DNA of 64,000 nt. Origin: Bacteroidota bacterium (lineage in GTDB: Bacteria; Bacteroidota; Bacteroidia; NS11-12g; UBA955). A program made the translations under genes and the position numbers. This document shows, in pieces, positions 45,659 to 53,557 of the stretch; within the stretch, counting starts at the first letter, position 1, and each line of letters begins with the position of its first letter. The notes beneath the pieces were generated by a model that was given only the letters and a program-made list of their open reading frames with translations, did no database searches and was not told the DNA's origin. Where the stretch lies: contig JAURGZ010000003.1 in NCBI GenBank assembly GCA_030833525.1, positions 4,324 to 68,323 on the forward strand. Direction: 5' to 3'.

Positions 45659-45663
45659 TGGGC

Positions 45664-46734
45664 ATGATCTACAAGGCCGATTGCCTTCATTTTTTGGGCC
45701 ACATTCCCTGTAAACCACACAAAGACAAGGGATACCACTGCGAAAACTGCCCGGCCTATGCGCCCATAGAAAAGCGCATTTTGATCATCAAACTGGGAGC
45801 CATGGGCGATGTCATTCGCACTACACCCCTGATTACGCGGTATAAAAAGCTGTATCCGCAGGCGAAATTCACTTGGATCACCCTATACCCCGACATTCTG
45901 CCAAAAGGGCAGATACACGAAGTGTACAAGTTGGGAATCGAAGCAGCCTTGTATGTACAGAATACCGAGTGGGACATAGCCATCAACCTGGATAAGGAAA
46001 AGGAGGCCGCCGGCTTGTTGGCCATGGTTAGCGCCAAAGAGAAATACGGGTTCATCTTGAAAGATGGCGCTACGCAGCCCGTCAATGCGCTGGCTCAGCA
46101 CAAATTCGACACCGGTTTGTTCGATGATGTTTCCCAAGCCAACACCAAAAATTACTGCACGGAAATTTTCGAAATCTGCGGTCTCGAATACCAGGGGGAA
46201 CCTTATTTGCTCGACAACCACGCAGACAAAGGGTATGCCTGGAACATGCCTCGCGGCAAGGGTTTGATTGGCTTAAACACAGGCTGTGGAGATCGTTGGA
46301 CCACCCGCCTCTGGAGCATTGAACACTGGGCCAAACTGGCCTCTCAATTGCGATCCGAGGGCTTTGGAGTGGTATTGCTAGGTGGGGCTCAAGAACACGA
46401 ACGCAACCTCGCCATTCAGGCCGGGAGCGGAGTAGATTACCCGGGCCATTTCTCTTTGAGTCAATTCATTAACCAAATCGACCAATGCGACTTGGTGGTC
46501 ACTCAGGTCACCATGGGCATGCACTTAACCTTGGGATTGGGCAAGAAAATCGTGTTGATGAACAACATCTTCAATTCCAACGAATTTGACTTGTTCGGAA
46601 AGGGCGAAATCATACAGCCTCCCAAGGCCTGCAAATGTTTCTACCGAGGCAGCTGTGTCGATGGGCTTTCCTGCATGGAAACCCTTGATCCCGAGACGGT
46701 TGCTGCAGCCGTTCACAGGGTTTGGGAATTGTAA
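45664..46734 (+). CDS. Glycosyltransferase family 9 (heptosyltransferase-like) with terminal Cys clusters
   Basis: ILIIKLGAMGDVIRTTPL, GLNTGCG and LLGGAQEHE. The N-terminus has C-x9-C-x9-C-x2-C and the C-terminus has C-x-C-x5-C-x5-C. Confidence 0.75.
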   Translation: MIYKADCLHFLGHIPCKPHKDKGYHCENCPAYAPIEKRILIIKLGAMGDVIRTTPLITRYKKLYPQAKFTWITLYPDILPKGQIHEVYKLGIEAALYVQNTEWDIAINLDKEKEAAGLLAMVSAKEKYGFILKDGATQPVNALAQHKFDTGLFDDVSQANTKNYCTEIFEICGLEYQGEPYLLDNHADKGYAWNMPRGKGLIGLNTGCGDRWTTRLWSIEHWAKLASQLRSEGFGVVLLGGAQEHERNLAIQAGSGVDYPGHFSLSQFINQIDQCDLVVTQVTMGMHLTLGLGKKIVLMNNIFNSNEFDLFGKGEIIQPPKACKCFYRGSCVDGLSCMETLDPETVAAAVHRVWEL

Positions 46735-46768
46735 TTCTCCCCTATTGGATTTTCGAAGCCGAATCGGC

Positions 46769-46776
46769 TATATTTG
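46769..46776 (+). promoter_or_regulatory. -7 box (TATATTTG) for tRNA(CAT)
   Basis: Matches TAnnTTTG, 11 nt upstream of tRNA position 1, followed by CACC as at 4152. Confidence 0.4.
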
Positions 46777-46787
46777 CACCCTCAATT

Positions 46788-46861
46788 GGCGAGGTAGCTC
46801 AGTTGGTTAGAGCGTAGGATTCATAACCCTAAGGTCGGCGGTTCAATTCCGCTCCTCGCTA
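46788..46861 (+). tRNA. tRNA with CAT anticodon (elongator Met, or Ile2 if lysidinylated)
   Basis: Acceptor GGCGAGG/CCTCGCT (G1-T72 wobble), D arm GCTC-AGTTGGTTA-GAGC, anticodon arm TAGGA-TTCATAA-CCCTA (A31/C39 mismatch), T arm GGCGG-TTCAATT-CCGCT, discriminator A. Confidence 0.85.
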
Positions 46862-47239
46862 CAAACGAAAACCCGGTTTACCGGGTTTTTTTATGCCCTT
46901 TTCAAACAACAAATGCCGCCTCTTTTGGCTGCGCCACCCCGCTTGGCTTTTGTACTCCACAAAGCAGATTTTCAAATCAGCTTGGCTCTCGTATTCCACC
47001 AAGAATACCTTTTTATCAGCCTGCGATGCGTACTCTACAAAATGCCACAGGCCTTCGTTCTGACCCACTTGAGAGGCATATTCGACCTTGTACACGAGCA
47101 AGTCGGCTTGGGAGCTGTAGGGAACGACAAATACCTTGAGATCGGCCTGCGAAGCGTAATCGACTAAGAATACTTTTTGGCCTTGGGCGCGAAGCGCCCA
47201 ACCCATGAACAGTAAAAATATCCAAGCCCGCAGGTTCAT
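46859..47239 (-). CDS. Small secreted repeat protein (six Y-x-S-Q-A-D-L-K-V-F-V-V-like units)
   Basis: From MNLRAWIFLLFMGWALRAQG (signal peptide): KVFLVDYASQADLKVFVVPYSSQADLLVYKVEYASQVGQNEGLWHFVEYASQADKKVFLVEYESQADLKICFVEYKSQAGWRSQ. I recognise the pattern from hypothetical proteins in Bacteroidota but cannot name the family with confidence. Confidence 0.6.
   Translation of the reverse strand: MNLRAWIFLLFMGWALRAQGQKVFLVDYASQADLKVFVVPYSSQADLLVYKVEYASQVGQNEGLWHFVEYASQADKKVFLVEYESQADLKICFVEYKSQAGWRSQKRRHLLFEKGIKKPGKPGFRL
46867..46892 (+). terminator. Intrinsic terminator after tRNA(CAT)
   Basis: AAAACCCGG-ttta-CCGGGTTTTTTT. Confidence 0.65.
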
Positions 47240-47267
47240 GATATTCAATAATAAGCAAAGCTGCGCA

Positions 47268-47275
47268 TACTTTTG
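47268..47275 (+). promoter_or_regulatory. -7 box (TACTTTTG), 4 nt upstream of the GTG at 47280
   Basis: TACTTTTG-aagc-GTG. Confidence 0.35.
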
Positions 47276-47279
47276 AAGC

Positions 47280-48005
47280 GTGTACGCTTGGATCGTTTTC
47301 CTACCCATTGCTTTCTCGGTCATCTGGCTGCAGCTCGCATTTAGAGCCTTGGATCGGCGTTGGCCCAGCCCGCGTTACATCAATCAATACGCTTGGAATA
47401 TTTGGTTATTTCTGCTCAGCGGCTCGGCCCTTTTTCTGGGTCTGGAATTTGGGTTCGGATATTTTGTGGGCGGCTTTTATGCAAGCAGAATCGTGTACAT
47501 AACGGCAACCCTTTGGACCATGGCCCTCCCCTTTCTGACAGACAAATCAGTTGAACGGTTTCGCAAACGACACAAATGGATCGTTTGGCCCCCGGCTTTG
47601 CTTTGGTTCTTTTTTGCCATACCCTACATCGGCACCATCGTCATGGTAAACATAATAGGTCGCATGTCAGCCCCGATTGAAATCTTGTACCAAGACAGCT
47701 CTATCCTAGTCGCTCATCGCGCGACTGGAGTCTTGGCCGGCCCACATATTGAACTTTTCGATAAGCAAACCTGGGGCCTAAAGAAGATCGGCTTGTATTG
47801 GGGCCTGGGTGGCGGCGCTGGTTGGGCTGACTCCACGCATTACTACCGCGATGGGCAGATTTTCAAATCAGTTGGCTATGAAAGGATCGAACCCTCTGAA
47901 CACCGGGGCAGCGCCATGGAAGCCGCGCCACCGCTATGGCAGGCCCGCGACAGCATCTGCGTAGACCTAGAAAGTGGCAAACTAATTGAGCCTGTTTTGC
48001 CTTAA
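47280..48005 (+). CDS. Hypothetical integral membrane protein
   Basis: About 4-5 TM helices in the N-terminal 140 aa, then a soluble tail. GTG start. No in-frame ATG occurs within the N-terminal membrane region (next Met at about codon 81). No family recognised. Confidence 0.45.
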   Translation: MYAWIVFLPIAFSVIWLQLAFRALDRRWPSPRYINQYAWNIWLFLLSGSALFLGLEFGFGYFVGGFYASRIVYITATLWTMALPFLTDKSVERFRKRHKWIVWPPALLWFFFAIPYIGTIVMVNIIGRMSAPIEILYQDSSILVAHRATGVLAGPHIELFDKQTWGLKKIGLYWGLGGGAGWADSTHYYRDGQIFKSVGYERIEPSEHRGSAMEAAPPLWQARDSICVDLESGKLIEPVLP

Positions 48006-48010
48006 TTCCC

Positions 48011-48018
48011 GAACTTTG
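48011..48018 (+). promoter_or_regulatory. Variant -7 box (GAACTTTG), 4 nt upstream of the K+ channel ATG
   Basis: GAnnTTTG variant. The same variant and spacing occur before pepA. Confidence 0.25.
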
Positions 48019-48022
48019 AGCA

Positions 48023-48742
48023 ATGGGAAAACCCACCGTTCAAGAAGAAGGACTATTCAGCAACACCGAGAAGAACCTTGCCTATCTGAACATCATTGTT
48101 CTGGTATTGAGCATTTACGTGCTCGCCGCCTTAGCCATTGATTCCTTTTACTCTTTAGACAAGGAAGTTTCTCGCCTTTTGCGGGTCATTGACGACGCCA
48201 TTTGCATATTTTTCATTTTCGAGTTCTTCTACCGCCTGTACCATGCGCGCAACCGATTGGGCTTTTTGCGCTGGGGCTGGATTGACCTCATCGCTTCCTT
48301 GCCTTCTTTCTTCTTCGGCGGATTTCACCAAGAACGCATCTTACGCTTGGTACGATTGCTGCGCATCTTGCGCACCTTTCGTTCAGCCGAAAGCTTCATT
48401 CATTCCTTTGTTAAAAAAAGACAGCAAGCGGCTTTTGCTAGCATTGCTTTGATTGCCGTTTTAATGACCATTTTCTCTTCCATTTCCATTCTGGAAGTAG
48501 AAAAAAACCAGCCAAATGCCAACATCAAAACCGCTGAAGATGCCATTTGGTGGAGCTATGTCACCATTACCACCGTGGGCTATGGGGATCTATACCCGGT
48601 TTCAAGATCCGGTCGCATCATTGCTGGAATCTTGATGACGGTGGGAGTGGGAATATTCGGTGCTTTGAGTGGATTTGTGGCCTCTTGGTTTACGGAGGCC
48701 CGGCACAAAGACCACGAAGACGATGACCATCACGCGCCTTAG
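48023..48742 (+). CDS. Voltage-gated-type potassium channel (ion transport family)
   Basis: K+ selectivity filter TTVGYGD. S4-like arginine repeat RLVRLLRILRTFR. No cytoplasmic regulatory domain. Confidence 0.8.
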   Translation: MGKPTVQEEGLFSNTEKNLAYLNIIVLVLSIYVLAALAIDSFYSLDKEVSRLLRVIDDAICIFFIFEFFYRLYHARNRLGFLRWGWIDLIASLPSFFFGGFHQERILRLVRLLRILRTFRSAESFIHSFVKKRQQAAFASIALIAVLMTIFSSISILEVEKNQPNANIKTAEDAIWWSYVTITTVGYGDLYPVSRSGRIIAGILMTVGVGIFGALSGFVASWFTEARHKDHEDDDHHAP

Positions 48743-49542
48743 GGCTTGGCTTTGTTGGCTCGAACCCAGACACCGTTCGCTGTTTCGGGGCTTTTGGGCG
48801 GAAATATTGCATCGAGCACAGCCAAGAGCAAAACAAAAGGCCACAGGAGCAGCATGCCCAGTAGGCCAGCCCATCGCCAACCTTTTTTCCCAAACAGCAA
48901 TACGGCCATGCCCCACAACTCATGGGACAAAATTCCCCATGTGCCGTATATAGGCTCTGATTCGACCACCTGCCATGAAGCCTGTTGAAGCAAGGCCTGA
49001 AGCCCTTTCCAATCGTATCGATTGCGGCGGCCTTGAGCCGTTTCATAGCTAGCCCCACGATTGAACCATCGACGGTATAAGCCTATCAATTGACGCTCGT
49101 GAATGGGTTGATAGATGTACAACTCTGTTCCCATTTGAGAATGTTCGCTCCAATCAGCCAGGCATTTTTCGGGCTCAGGTAAATAAGGGAGAACACTGAA
49201 CAACCATATTGCGGGCTTGGAAGCTTTGCCCTGAATTTCCCCCCATTCTTTGGGTCGATACTCGGCCCACACTTCAGCTGAGCTTGTGGCTGCAACAAAG
49301 TCCGCTAAATCAACATTGGGCTCGACGGCTACCCATCGACAATGAGGCCACATGCGCTGAGCATAGCGCAACCAAAATCCCTCGCCGGCCCCAAAATCCA
49401 ACACACAGTCTACTTGCATGGCTTTGATCTTGCGAGAGATGAGCCAATTTCGGCGGTAGGTCAGCCACTTAAACCCAAAAAACACGGCCCAAGGCCCGGC
49501 ATAGGCCAAGCAAGAGGGAATTCGATGTTCGTTGAGCGCCAT
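48739..49542 (-). CDS. SAM-dependent methyltransferase-like protein with a C-terminal membrane anchor
   Basis: Motif I-like VLDFGAGEGFW. C-terminal hydrophobic WAGLLGMLLLWPFVLLLAVL. Confidence 0.55.
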   Translation of the reverse strand: MALNEHRIPSCLAYAGPWAVFFGFKWLTYRRNWLISRKIKAMQVDCVLDFGAGEGFWLRYAQRMWPHCRWVAVEPNVDLADFVAATSSAEVWAEYRPKEWGEIQGKASKPAIWLFSVLPYLPEPEKCLADWSEHSQMGTELYIYQPIHERQLIGLYRRWFNRGASYETAQGRRNRYDWKGLQALLQQASWQVVESEPIYGTWGILSHELWGMAVLLFGKKGWRWAGLLGMLLLWPFVLLLAVLDAIFPPKSPETANGVWVRANKAKP

Positions 49543-49548
49543 GGGCCC

Positions 49549-49556
49549 CGAAGATA
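49549..49556 (-). promoter_or_regulatory. Near-consensus -7 box (TATCTTCG), 6 nt upstream of the 49542 ATG
   Basis: The reverse strand reads TATCTTCG-gggccc-ATG. Confidence 0.3.
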
Positions 49557-49559
49557 CAA

Positions 49560-49567
49560 TACCTTTG
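49560..49567 (+). promoter_or_regulatory. -7 box (TACCTTTG), 4 nt upstream of the 49572 ATG
   Basis: TACCTTTG-ccgc-ATG. Confidence 0.4.
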
Positions 49568-49571
49568 CCGC

Positions 49572-50984
49572 ATGCCTTTTCGCATCGTTGCCATTCTCCT
49601 GTTGACCTTGAACACCTCTGTCTCTGCTCAGATCAAAACTCATTGGTACTTGGGTGAATGGTCAGGAGCTCTAAGCGCTTTTGGCTCCAACCTGACCTTG
49701 ACATTTACGGTAAAAGACAGCTGGGAACCCAAAGCTTTTTTGGCTGTACCGGCACAGGGAGTCAGCCAACTGCCTGCCAGTGAGTGCCGCGTTAGCCAAC
49801 AGAACTTAGAATTGGCCTTTTCCCAGTTTGGCATTCGATTCTCAGGCCAATACGATGGCGATAGTTTGAGGGGTACTTTTTCTCAATCGGGGTATCAATT
49901 TCCCTTGTCGCTGAAGCAAAAAGACTTGAATCGTTTTTACCAAACTCCCAAAGCGCCTTTTCCCTATCAAGCGCGGGAGCTTCAATTCTTCAGCTTGGAT
50001 AAACGCATTCGGTTCAGCGGTGCTTTTACCTATCCCAAGGGGCCCATCAAAGCTTGCATCGTTCTGTTTTCTGGCAGCGGCGCCCAAGACCGAGACCAGC
50101 GCATTGGCGACCATGTACCATTTGCTTTTTGGGCTGATACATTCACGCGCTTGGGCTATGCCGTGCTACGGGTAGACGATCGCGGGGCTGGCTTTACCAT
50201 CGGGCAATCAACAGCCTTGGAAAAGACCCGCATTCAAGATTTATTCGACGATGGCAAGGCCTATGTGCAAGCCATGAAAAACCAACCCGAGAGCGGCTGG
50301 AGCGACTCGAGCCAAGGATTGCCCATTTATCTCATGGGCCATAGCCAAGGAGCGGGCATCGCCATTCATCTCTTGAGTCAAGGGGTAGAAGGCGTAGCGG
50401 GAGCCATAGGCCTGGCTCCATGGGCCTATAGCGGGCGAACCATCAACCGCGAACAAAACGCGCTTTCTGTGGCTCCTGTGCTAGATGATTCTACCTTGAT
50501 TGCCTCCTTTTTGATCCTGCATGATTCCATGGTAGAATGGGTTCTTAACACCCCCCACTTTGACAGCCAGTCAGCCCAATACCGCGCCCAAACACTCTTG
50601 GACCAAAATCCCCAGCGCAAAGAATTGATTCGAGCATTTCGCAAGAAAAAGATCGACCTAGCCCCCTATTTGGGACAACAATACGTTCAACTCAGCGGCT
50701 TCATGACCTCATTCATGAAGCATGACCCCAGCTTGGAATTGAGCCAGATTGAAAAGCCCATGCTCTGGGTTCAAGGCACCGCCGACAGGCAAGTCAACCC
50801 CCAACGAATCGAGGAATTGGCTCGTTTATACTCCAACATTGAATGCCAAATGATGACGGGTTACAACCACTTGCTTCAACCCTGCCAGCGTTGCACCTTT
50901 GATGAATATTTTGAGTTGCCGGTCACCGTTGGTGACAAGGCCGTTCAAGCCATTTTGAACTGGCTACAAGCGCAAAACCCTTAG
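49572..50984 (+). CDS. Secreted alpha/beta-hydrolase fold protein
   Basis: Signal peptide MPFRIVAILLLTLNTSVSAQ and the nucleophile elbow GHSQG. Confidence 0.65.
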   Translation: MPFRIVAILLLTLNTSVSAQIKTHWYLGEWSGALSAFGSNLTLTFTVKDSWEPKAFLAVPAQGVSQLPASECRVSQQNLELAFSQFGIRFSGQYDGDSLRGTFSQSGYQFPLSLKQKDLNRFYQTPKAPFPYQARELQFFSLDKRIRFSGAFTYPKGPIKACIVLFSGSGAQDRDQRIGDHVPFAFWADTFTRLGYAVLRVDDRGAGFTIGQSTALEKTRIQDLFDDGKAYVQAMKNQPESGWSDSSQGLPIYLMGHSQGAGIAIHLLSQGVEGVAGAIGLAPWAYSGRTINREQNALSVAPVLDDSTLIASFLILHDSMVEWVLNTPHFDSQSAQYRAQTLLDQNPQRKELIRAFRKKKIDLAPYLGQQYVQLSGFMTSFMKHDPSLELSQIEKPMLWVQGTADRQVNPQRIEELARLYSNIECQMMTGYNHLLQPCQRCTFDEYFELPVTVGDKAVQAILNWLQAQNP

Positions 50985-52039
50985 AAATCAATTCGAAAAC
51001 GCTCTCTGCGCAATTCACTGAAAGGCAATGGATTGTCATAGTCTTCGGCATATTGCAAGCGGCGTCTAACCAAATGTATGGCTTCAAACAAGGCCGATTG
51101 AAAGCTCAAAATACTCGCCGTATTCTTACCAGCTAAATCGTACGCCGTGCCATGGTCGGGACTGGTGCGAACCACGGGAAGACCCACTGTTACATTGACA
51201 CCATCGTGGAAAGCCAAGGTTTTGAATCCGACTAAGCCTTGGTCATGGTACATAGCCAATACGGCATCAAATGCCTGGTATTGCGCACCTCCAAAGAAGG
51301 CATCGGCAGAATATGGACCATAAACCAAACGACCGCGATCGAAAACAGCTTGAACCGCGGGCTTGATGACCGTGCTTTCTTCTTCGCCCAACAACCCGTT
51401 ATCTCCAGCATGAGGATTCAATCCCAAAACGGCAATGCGGGGTTTGGTCAAACCAAAATCTTCCTTGAGCGCCGTGTGCATCAACTCCAGCTTGGCTTCA
51501 ATGCCTTCAGACGATAGATGCTTAGACAATTCTGCAACCGGCACATGTTCGGTCGCCAATGCCACGCGCAAGTCATCGCTTACCAGCATCATGGCGTAAC
51601 TCGAAACACCCATTTCTTGAGCCAAATAGCCGGTGTGGCCTGTAAATCCAGGCTGTGCTTCGGCTACCGTTGATTTATCAAGCGGGGCCGTCAACAGGGC
51701 ATCAACCCGGTGGGCTTCTGAAACCATTTTAGACAGACATGCAAAAGCTTGTGCTCCTGCTTCTGCCGAAGCTTGACCGGGCAAAGGAACAAAGTGTTCA
51801 TCGCCGCAGGGAATCAAATTCAATTTACCCTCTTGGGCCTCTTCGGCTGACGATATCAAATGATACCGGGGCTCTTCCATGCCCAGCAGCTTTTTATAGT
51901 GAACAAAGGTTTTGACACTTCCGTACAGGACAGGAATGCAGTATTTGAATACCGAACCATCGGCAAAGGTTCGCAGGATCAATTCCATGCCTACCCCGTT
52001 GGGGTCTCCTTGGGAGATGGCCAATTTGACTTTAGTCAT
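50981..52039 (-). CDS. pdxA: 4-hydroxythreonine-4-phosphate dehydrogenase
   Basis: ISQGDPNGVG, GLNPHAGDNG and TSPDHGTAYDLAGK. Confidence 0.9.
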   Translation of the reverse strand: MTKVKLAISQGDPNGVGMELILRTFADGSVFKYCIPVLYGSVKTFVHYKKLLGMEEPRYHLISSAEEAQEGKLNLIPCGDEHFVPLPGQASAEAGAQAFACLSKMVSEAHRVDALLTAPLDKSTVAEAQPGFTGHTGYLAQEMGVSSYAMMLVSDDLRVALATEHVPVAELSKHLSSEGIEAKLELMHTALKEDFGLTKPRIAVLGLNPHAGDNGLLGEEESTVIKPAVQAVFDRGRLVYGPYSADAFFGGAQYQAFDAVLAMYHDQGLVGFKTLAFHDGVNVTVGLPVVRTSPDHGTAYDLAGKNTASILSFQSALFEAIHLVRRRLQYAEDYDNPLPFSELRRERFRIDF

Positions 52040-53420
52040 GTTGCAGTTGCGAAGTTAGGAAATTGACCAAGAGTCGCACAGAAAATCCTGTTCCACCCTT
52101 GGGAATGTAATGACGCGCAGAGGGTAAAAATGCAGGCCCCGCAATGTCAAGGTGCATCCAGGGATAAGAAGTAAAATGTTTCAAGAAGGCTCCCGCTGAC
52201 TGGGCCCCTCCTTCTCCTTTTCCCAAGTTTTTCAAATCGGCGATGTCACTTTTGATCTCTTCATCAAACTCGGGCCAGAGGGGCAGTTCTACCAAGCGCT
52301 CAAAACTGCGTTCGCCGGCCTGCTTGATTCCTTGCATCAAGCTTTCGGGAGCATGCCCCATCAAGGCAGCACCGTATGGGCCCAAAGCACGAGCAGCCGC
52401 GCCCGTTAGAGTGGCCACATCAACCACGAATTCAGGGTCCAATTTTCCGGCATAATTCAGGGCATCGGCCAAAATCAATCGACCCTCAGCGTCGGTGTTC
52501 AATACCTCAACCAGGCTTCCATTGCTCATTTCTATGACATCTCCCGGGCACAAGGCCATTTCACCCGGCCTGTTGTCGGTAGCGGGCACCAAGGCAATGG
52601 CGTGAATGGGTGCTTGGCTCAAGGCCAAGGCATCTATGACAGCCGCTACTGATGCAGCACCTGCCATGTCGCATTTCATCAAATCCATGCTATTGGGTGT
52701 AGGCTTTAAGCTCAAACCACCGGTATCGAATACAACGCCCTTGCCCACCAAAACATAGGGTTTGGAGTTTCGGGCCTCAGGACTCTTGTATTCCAAAATG
52801 CTGAATGTAGGGGGCGATTGACTTCCTTGGTTGACCCCCAATAATCCGCCCATTTTTTGAGAGGCAATTTTGCTTTCACCCCACACTTCGACCTCGAAGC
52901 CGCTTGACTTCCCACGCTCTTGGAACCGCTCAGCCAACTGTTCAGCATCCAGGTGAGAATAGGGCAAGTTCACCAAGTCTCGGGCCCAAAAAACCGAATC
53001 ACACAAATGTTCCATTTGCTGAGCTTGAGCCTGCAATGACGCGGGCCATTTCAGGGTTTGCAAAGCGGGGCGCTCACTAGCCAATTTGAAACGGTATTGC
53101 CCCAACAGAAACCCTTCGTAAAAGGCCATCAAGGCCAAGCCGTGGTTTTCATTGGCTTGCAGGTCGGGCAACTGCTGCGAAACCACGCCAAAGGGAGTGG
53201 CGCCGTGGTAGCGCGAAACCACGCCATTGCCGGCCCGGCGAAGCGCCTCTAACTCTGCATGAGACGGGTTTTCTGCGCTGCGAACAAAAGCGGTATAGAT
53301 ACCTTGTTGTTGGCAATCGCGCCAATCTCCTACCGACCATTCCTGGGGAAAGTCCAAGCCCGCCGGCCAGTGCTTTTTCAATTCATCCAGTTGCGATGCA
53401 AATACAATTCGATTCGCCAT
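52032..53420 (-). CDS. pepA: Leucyl aminopeptidase (M17 family)
   Basis: VGKGVVFDTGGLSLKP, MKCDMAGAA and NTDAEGRLILADAL. Confidence 0.9.
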   Translation of the reverse strand: MANRIVFASQLDELKKHWPAGLDFPQEWSVGDWRDCQQQGIYTAFVRSAENPSHAELEALRRAGNGVVSRYHGATPFGVVSQQLPDLQANENHGLALMAFYEGFLLGQYRFKLASERPALQTLKWPASLQAQAQQMEHLCDSVFWARDLVNLPYSHLDAEQLAERFQERGKSSGFEVEVWGESKIASQKMGGLLGVNQGSQSPPTFSILEYKSPEARNSKPYVLVGKGVVFDTGGLSLKPTPNSMDLMKCDMAGAASVAAVIDALALSQAPIHAIALVPATDNRPGEMALCPGDVIEMSNGSLVEVLNTDAEGRLILADALNYAGKLDPEFVVDVATLTGAAARALGPYGAALMGHAPESLMQGIKQAGERSFERLVELPLWPEFDEEIKSDIADLKNLGKGEGGAQSAGAFLKHFTSYPWMHLDIAGPAFLPSARHYIPKGGTGFSVRLLVNFLTSQLQHD

Positions 53421-53424
53421 GCTT

Positions 53425-53432
53425 CAAAGGTC
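53425..53432 (-). promoter_or_regulatory. Variant -7 box (GACCTTTG), 4 nt upstream of the pepA ATG
   Basis: The reverse strand reads GACCTTTG-aagc-ATG. Confidence 0.25.
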
Positions 53433-53544
53433 GGCAATCGAGAGCATCTCAGCGCAGATTTATTTCCCAAAACGGCGCCCGGCACCGATTGGACACCCTT
53501 TTGCTCTGTGGGAATTGACAGCACGCGCGTCGCTTGGCTCGGCT

Positions 53545-53552
53545 TACATTTG
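53545..53552 (+). promoter_or_regulatory. -7 box (TACATTTG), 5 nt upstream of the ddl-like ATG
   Basis: TACATTTG-tgtca-ATG. This supports the 53558 start. Confidence 0.4.
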
Positions 53553-53557
53553 TGTCA

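Noticed and set aside
45607-45663. GTG start for the GT9 gene used by the ORF track
   Set aside because: The ATG at 45664 is preceded at 5 nt by a near-consensus -7 box. The extension would place the promoter inside the gene.
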